A stretch of DNA of 64,000 nucleotides from a virus (taxonomy: Duplodnaviria > Caudoviricetes). The position numbers and the translations under genes were made by a program. Shown piece after piece: positions 58,452-64,000 of the stretch. Where the stretch lies: IMG/VR virus record IMGVR_UViG_3300021387_001774, positions 160,001 to 224,000 of that record, one strand, 5' to 3'. Positions within the stretch are counted from its first letter, which is position 1; each line of letters starts with the position of its first letter. The notes under the pieces were generated by a model. The model was not told where the DNA came from and ran no database searches. It was given only the letters and a program-made list of their open reading frames with translations.

Positions 58452-59039
58452 ATGGAAAATCTCAGAGAAATTAATGATGACATTATGCTTTATGTCATTA
58501 AAAGATCAAGCAGTTCACATGAAGAATATACGGGGATTCCACTCCCCGTATATTTTGTAGATCTACGTGATCTTTACAAAAATGCTATTGAGGTCGGCAT
58601 TTTTGATTATATAGCTGACCTCACGGCTGGATCGTCAGCATTCTGTTTCAGATACGGAATAGTTTGCGATGAACGGATCAAGAATAATTCTGAATTGGCC
58701 TTTATTCTTCATCATGAGGCAGGTCATATCTTAAATGGAGACATTTATGAACCTTCTGATGATGATGAAAAGGAGTATGCTGCAGATCGTCATGCTTATG
58801 ATGTGACACACCATATTCCTGATTTTAGTAAGATGATCATTGATTATGCGATTCATTGTTTCGATGAATTCACTGATCAAGAGATCAATGAAATAACTTC
58901 AGGGAATTTCAGCGGCCTTGAAGATTATAGAATGACTGCTGAAAAGATGCTTTCTGAGAGCGAATGTGGAGAAGCTTTGACTCTTAGAAAATTAAAACTG
59001 CAAGAGTACATAAACTCTAAAAACGAGTTTAATTATTAG
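58452..59039 (+). CDS. HExxH metallopeptidase-like protein (ImmA/IrrE or M48-like)
   Basis: FILHHEAGHI...EYAADRHA; start moved from 58404 to 58452 (AAGGAG-N6-ATG); terminator at ~59054-59090. Confidence 0.75.
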   Translation: MENLREINDDIMLYVIKRSSSSHEEYTGIPLPVYFVDLRDLYKNAIEVGIFDYIADLTAGSSAFCFRYGIVCDERIKNNSELAFILHHEAGHILNGDIYEPSDDDEKEYAADRHAYDVTHHIPDFSKMIIDYAIHCFDEFTDQEINEITSGNFSGLEDYRMTAEKMLSESECGEALTLRKLKLQEYINSKNEFNY

Positions 59040-59243
59040 TAGTCCTGAATTAATTAAATCGTGGGGGGTGAAATGCTCCCACGATTTAATTTTTTTAATA
59101 TTTTTTTAATTATATATTATATTAATGTAAAAGGATCGTTGATCCTTAAATATTTTAACCAAAAAGTACCTGAGTAGGAGAAATGAAAGGGTCGCCTAGA
59201 GAAAGGTCTACTATGTTATAGGGATAATCACAAAGGAGCAATT

Positions 59244-59849
59244 ATGAAATATACTGCTAAGACAAACGGAAAGATTACTTATGATGTTAAGGCAACAGAC
59301 AATGCTACAGGCGTCATTACTAATCTTTGGAAAAAGATCTCAGGCATTATTTCAAATTCAAAAGAAGACACCAGTACCCAAAAGGTTGAAAAACCTGAAG
59401 GGGGGTTGATCGCTGGTGGTGTTTTCGAATGGAATGTCGAAGCAAATCTCGATATTACAGTCGAAGAAATGGCTGAGTTATTTAAGATCAGCAAGGAGAA
59501 TGATCTCCATGCCTGGGATCTTCTCAAAACCGCCGGAAAAGATCTCGTAAAGGGATCAAGAGTCCTTCTCAACGAATTCAAGGCACAGGGTCCAGAATGG
59601 ATGGACGCTGTGCACTCCATGGACCTCATATCTGAGGATCAGGAAAAGGAGCGTGAGCTCCATAAGTTCAGAAATGAACGTGAGCTCGATGCCGAGATTA
59701 AGAAGGCTGGCTGGACTCGTAAAGGTTCATTCTGGTATGAAAATGAGACAGAGGGTCGTAAAACCTCAGTCCATTTCAACGGCTTCAAGAAGGACAAAAA
59801 GGATGAACCTCACAAGGGTTCATTCGACAACCTCAACGACGAGGAGTAG
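59244..59849 (+). CDS. hypothetical early protein (higher GC, long structured leader)
   Basis: 201 aa, AAAGGAG SD, promoter at 59108, terminator at 59897-59928. Confidence 0.8.
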   Translation: MKYTAKTNGKITYDVKATDNATGVITNLWKKISGIISNSKEDTSTQKVEKPEGGLIAGGVFEWNVEANLDITVEEMAELFKISKENDLHAWDLLKTAGKDLVKGSRVLLNEFKAQGPEWMDAVHSMDLISEDQEKERELHKFRNERELDAEIKKAGWTRKGSFWYENETEGRKTSVHFNGFKKDKKDEPHKGSFDNLNDEE

Positions 59850-59986
59850 GATTTCTCCCTCTGTAAAAAGAGGGAGTTAGACTAAAAAACGGAGGAAGAG
59901 GTAGAGAGATTTACATCTCTCTACCTCTATTTTTTTTCTTTTATACTTAAAGAAAGACAATTCTATATACGAAAAGGTACTATTTT

Positions 59987-60694
59987 ATGCGTAAACTAAA
60001 TGAATTAACAACAAACAAGATGGTAAATTTAGTATCTAAAGAAACCAAAAATGGCAATGTAATTATATCTATGGAAGATTCTAAGTATTACTATTTACCA
60101 TTTGATAAATCGTATTTGGATCTTAGTGATCCTAAAATACGTACTTCTTTTATAAAACATGTAGAGAAAATTGTTAGAACTAGTAAATTATATAAGAAAT
60201 ATATTAATTATCTTAAAACTGATATTGGATTAACACATTGTGCAGTATTTGGTAATATTGATGCTAAAAAAGGAGATAAGACTAAAATAGAAATGCATCA
60301 TGGACCAGTATTTACACTTTATGATTATGTAAGTATTGTTCTTGAGAAATATATTACTGAGAAAAAAGATATTAATACATTTGATATTGCTGATGAAGTA
60401 TTAGATCTTCATAAAAGAAAATTAGTACAAACAGTAATGTTATCACAATCTGTACATAAATCAATGGATAATAAAAAATTAGCACCATTTATTTCATTAG
60501 ATATGACATTTGGTGATTTATTTGGTTTTATAAAAGAATATGGAAGATATTTCTCTCCGCAACACAGAGCTGATCTTAAAATATATCTTAATAAACATAT
60601 TACTAATTCTAATATGGATTTGAATATGTTTAAACCAATATTTACAAAATACAATATTAAATTTGTAGATAAACGATTAGGAGAACCAACATGA
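59987..60694 (+). CDS. HNH-like conserved jumbo-phage protein, paralog of 9846-10622
   Basis: CAVFG...IEMHHGPVFTLYDY...LHKR..VQTVML...HKSMD; late-type promoter at 59956. Confidence 0.75.
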   Translation: MRKLNELTTNKMVNLVSKETKNGNVIISMEDSKYYYLPFDKSYLDLSDPKIRTSFIKHVEKIVRTSKLYKKYINYLKTDIGLTHCAVFGNIDAKKGDKTKIEMHHGPVFTLYDYVSIVLEKYITEKKDINTFDIADEVLDLHKRKLVQTVMLSQSVHKSMDNKKLAPFISLDMTFGDLFGFIKEYGRYFSPQHRADLKIYLNKHITNSNMDLNMFKPIFTKYNIKFVDKRLGEPT

Positions 60695-63600
60695 GTTTTG
60701 AATCAGTATATCGAAGTAGACAAGGTGTTGGAGAAATAACAAAGATATCAGATTTTATAGGTTCATTAGTTATAAAAAATCAATACGAAGCAAACAAAGC
60801 TGAGACATCTGAATCATTATACGAATACATAAAGTATCATGGAGCTTATACTAAAACAGATGACTTTACAGATTATGCTCTAGAAGATAGACGTTTGTAT
60901 AAAGATTTTGCTTATGGTTATCTTAGAACTATAAATAAATCTTATGCTTTCGATAAATCTATTCTTAATACTATTACTGAGTTTAGAATAGATACTCTTA
61001 ATAAACGACTTGATATAAAAGATCCTCTTATAACAGATTATCTTACAGCTTTACGTTTAGCTAGAATATATATGTATGACGAAAAGAATCTATATTATCG
61101 TCAATTTCTTGGTAAACCTTCTCCATTATCTGAACCTATTTGGGTAATAAATAAAGATGTTGGTATTGATGGATTTACTAAAGTTGAAGATCTGTCTTCT
61201 CCACCAATTCCCACATATATTTATTATTCAAAAGATCCAAACAGTGTAGAGAATAATTTTATTCTTTTAGGTCAGTTATCTTCATGGACCAAAATCGATG
61301 AAGAAACTGGTAATGAAGTTCCTATAGCAGATGAATTTTATTTTTTGAATTATATAAAGATAGAAGAAATATCAGATAAAGATACGACACCATTAACGTA
61401 TAACTTCTATATTTTACAAAATCATATAGCAGAAATTATTAAAGATCATCCAGATGAATATTATCTTAGATTTATTGGATCAGGATTTACACCTTTCTAT
61501 CTTAGATCTCTAGAGAATTATTCTATCATTAAATATGATAATACTGTATTATCTAATACAGAGCTTTTTTATTTCTTTAAAGCTTATGATAAAGCAAAGA
61601 AACAAGTTGTTTTGGATTACATAAATGGTTTTGATTCTAAACAACCATTATACAATTTATTGATGATACAGAATCTTTTGTATTATACTGTAATAAATTA
61701 TTCTAATTCATATATAGAACGTTATTCAGTAGGCATTTATACAAAAGAAAATTGTGATGATATTTTATCATCTTATGGATATGATTCACTTATAAATGTT
61801 TCTGACCTTTCTATTAAACAGAGAATTGTTAGAAATCTTAATGAATTGATATCTAATAAAGGTAACAACTATATTCTTGAAATTATTCTTAATAAAATAC
61901 TACAGGATCCAAATGTAGAACTTAAACGTTATTATCTTGAAAAGAAATATAGAGTAAAAGATACTGATGCATCTATTGATATCGATACAACAAAAGGATT
62001 AGAGAATTCTATTTCGTTAGTATTCCGTGAAGTTCCCGCTTTGTCTATTCAAGATTCACATTCTTCAGCAGATAAATATAGGGATTATGATCAGTTTGTT
62101 GATAATGATGATATGTGGGGTGGAATAACCTCTAATGATTCAAACGATGTCAAAATAACTAAGAAAGAATATATAAAGAAGAAATTGATTTCAAGTAACT
62201 TTAGTTCTATATTAACTAAATATATAACTCTTACAAGAACTATTGATATTCAAGAATCTCAACGTTCTTTGAGAGATATGATTTATATGATGCTCAAATA
62301 TATAAATGAGTATTATTCTGATGAATTCTTTAAACTAAAAATAAATTTTGATAAATACAGTGTTACACCTGCTGGGTTATTTGCTGCATTATGTTGGACA
62401 CAACAAATGAAGAACTCTAAGAATCTTATTAGTGATTCTGGTTTGGAAGCAGAAGATGTGGTACAAAACAATCGTTTTGACGATGCTGATGTAATCTGTT
62501 ATGATGAATGTGTTATAACTAGTTCTGTAGTTTTCCGTAAGATGGGGTTACTTTCTGTTGATATAAACAATATTGAAAATAATATGATTATAATTAACGG
62601 AAAACCTGTTAAAGTTATGGATATATCTCCAGAGATTGCATCATGGAAAGTTATAGATTTTATAAAAGAAAACCCAGATCTTTTTGTAGAATTATTAAAA
62701 GATATAGATATTGATGGTACAACTATTCCTACAGCCAGATTCACAGATGTTAAACTGATGGATGGTGTTGTTAGCGAAAAAGGTATACTTACTATGGAAG
62801 AAGCTCCAAAAGATGGATTTAAACATCTTGTTGATTATAATGAACAAATTGATGACTTCCTAGTACATTTCCGTTATTATGAGAATGGTGAACAACTTGG
62901 TGAAATTACCGCTAAGACAACCTTCGCTGAATTAGTAATGGATTATAAAAATCAATATCCTAATCTTATAGATAAGATAACAAAGAAATTACAAAAGTCT
63001 TATGACTTCAGAGAATTCCAAGCTTGGCAATATATGCTCCAGCAGTCTAGGACTAATAACTCTATAGGATTCATATTTAAAGGTTATCACAGATTTACAG
63101 ATTTCTTAGATTATGTGGAATCGAATGGTCTTATAGATTATTTAAACACAGTTATTCCAGTAAGAAATGGTAGATATAAACTATCCGATGTTATATTTGC
63201 TCAAAATGAAATAAATACAGCATTTAAAACGTGGGTTACAGATTCATTCTCAACATTAGTCTACACAGGATCAATGAATGATGACGGTACAGTAAATACA
63301 GCAAGTGATAGTTCATTCGTTAATGATATGAAACTTTTATTTGATGAATTTTTATCTGTATTTTCTCAGTTGTATTCTGTTGATTATGATTATTCGTTTG
63401 GTGGTGGGGCTGAAACCGGTGGTCTATATTTACAGTTATTCTACAATCCAATCTCGACATTAATAAAAGATAGTTATCGTGATAAGATAGGTATTTATGG
63501 TGGACTGAAATCTAATTCAGAAGATAATTTTGAAGATAAGATTGAACTCAAACATACGTATACTACAGAAAAAACTGATAGTTTCTACGACAACATTAAT

Positions 63601-63825
63601 AATAATGTTGAAATAGATGAGGATGATAATGTAATTCTCGACGATCAGTTTAAATATGAAGCTTCTACTCATATGGGAGAATCATTCTATGATAAGATTG
63701 GAGTAACTGAAAAAACAAATATTCATGCTGCGGATTATATCGAAGACTCGATGAAATTACGTGGTATTCTTACAATAACTACATCTTCAGGAGAAAAGAA
63801 GGTATATTATGAAAAAGATAATTAA
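60691..63825 (+). CDS. large probable virion (baseplate/tail) protein
   Basis: 1044 aa in a late-type operon; E.N.YYR..LG.P and L...KG patterns seen in jumbo-phage structural proteins. Confidence 0.65.
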   Translation: MSFESVYRSRQGVGEITKISDFIGSLVIKNQYEANKAETSESLYEYIKYHGAYTKTDDFTDYALEDRRLYKDFAYGYLRTINKSYAFDKSILNTITEFRIDTLNKRLDIKDPLITDYLTALRLARIYMYDEKNLYYRQFLGKPSPLSEPIWVINKDVGIDGFTKVEDLSSPPIPTYIYYSKDPNSVENNFILLGQLSSWTKIDEETGNEVPIADEFYFLNYIKIEEISDKDTTPLTYNFYILQNHIAEIIKDHPDEYYLRFIGSGFTPFYLRSLENYSIIKYDNTVLSNTELFYFFKAYDKAKKQVVLDYINGFDSKQPLYNLLMIQNLLYYTVINYSNSYIERYSVGIYTKENCDDILSSYGYDSLINVSDLSIKQRIVRNLNELISNKGNNYILEIILNKILQDPNVELKRYYLEKKYRVKDTDASIDIDTTKGLENSISLVFREVPALSIQDSHSSADKYRDYDQFVDNDDMWGGITSNDSNDVKITKKEYIKKKLISSNFSSILTKYITLTRTIDIQESQRSLRDMIYMMLKYINEYYSDEFFKLKINFDKYSVTPAGLFAALCWTQQMKNSKNLISDSGLEAEDVVQNNRFDDADVICYDECVITSSVVFRKMGLLSVDINNIENNMIIINGKPVKVMDISPEIASWKVIDFIKENPDLFVELLKDIDIDGTTIPTARFTDVKLMDGVVSEKGILTMEEAPKDGFKHLVDYNEQIDDFLVHFRYYENGEQLGEITAKTTFAELVMDYKNQYPNLIDKITKKLQKSYDFREFQAWQYMLQQSRTNNSIGFIFKGYHRFTDFLDYVESNGLIDYLNTVIPVRNGRYKLSDVIFAQNEINTAFKTWVTDSFSTLVYTGSMNDDGTVNTASDSSFVNDMKLLFDEFLSVFSQLYSVDYDYSFGGGAETGGLYLQLFYNPISTLIKDSYRDKIGIYGGLKSNSEDNFEDKIELKHTYTTEKTDSFYDNINNNVEIDEDDNVILDDQFKYEASTHMGESFYDKIGVTEKTNIHAADYIEDSMKLRGILTITTSSGEKKVYYEKDN

Positions 63826-64000
63826 TTTGTCTGACGGTATTGTTACCAGAGATTCGATAAAAATCGATGAACATAAGACAGGTTTCAATACAGAAATTCT
63901 TATAACTGCAAAGAACTGTCGTCATGATGGTTCCATTGAACAACAAGTTCTTCATAATCAAACTGTTTTGCCAGGAAGAACGCAACTTCTAGAAAGTGTT
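63809..64000 (+). CDS. probable virion protein, runs off the window end
   Basis: ATG 63809 overlaps the previous stop; open to the end: MKKIINLSDGIVTRDSIKIDEHKTGFNTEILITAKNCRHDGSIEQQVLHNQTVLPGRTQLLESV. Confidence 0.65.
   Translation, partial: MKKIINLSDGIVTRDSIKIDEHKTGFNTEILITAKNCRHDGSIEQQVLHNQTVLPGRTQLLESV

Noticed and set aside
1-64000. Alternative genetic code (stop-codon reassignment)
   Set aside because: Long conserved genes are intact in the standard code, TAG and TGA terminate genes (e.g. 12691, 45883), and no suppressor tRNA is seen.

Overview
AT-rich segment of a phiKZ/AR9-like jumbo phage genome in the standard genetic code. Core genes: DNA gyrase/topo II subunit A (truncated at the window start), two split multisubunit RNA polymerase subunits (beta C-terminal part; beta-prime N-terminal part with NADFDGD), UvsX/RecA, dUTPase, a ThyX-like protein, NrdG, an SbcD/Mre11 nuclease, a Dda/RecD-like helicase, three HExxH zincin proteins, a gp25-like baseplate protein and several large probable virion proteins. 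Genes are mostly on the minus strand left of ~39 kb and mostly on the plus strand right of it; a duplicated iteron-like repeat (origin candidate) sits at the switch. Two phage promoter motifs recur (AATTATATATTAT and NACA-N6-TA/G), along with many intrinsic terminators. The most unusual content is non-coding. (1) tRNAs and tRNA mimics appear to act as processing scaffolds for small RNAs with exposed anti-Shine-Dalgarno linkers; one such RNA, behind an anticodon-less tRNA mimic, is complementary over 22 of 23 nt to the RBS/start codon of a metallopeptidase gene 15 kb away. (2) A 1.3 kb tRNA cluster is interleaved with structured RNAs, including a tRNA-like RNA with a long rod in place of the anticodon arm and a ~255 nt multi-pseudoknot RNA. 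(3) Two dispersed copies of a ~400-440 bp cassette (promoter, small ORF, structured RNA) show compensatory base changes. All RNA structures were paired by eye; no folding or database search was run.
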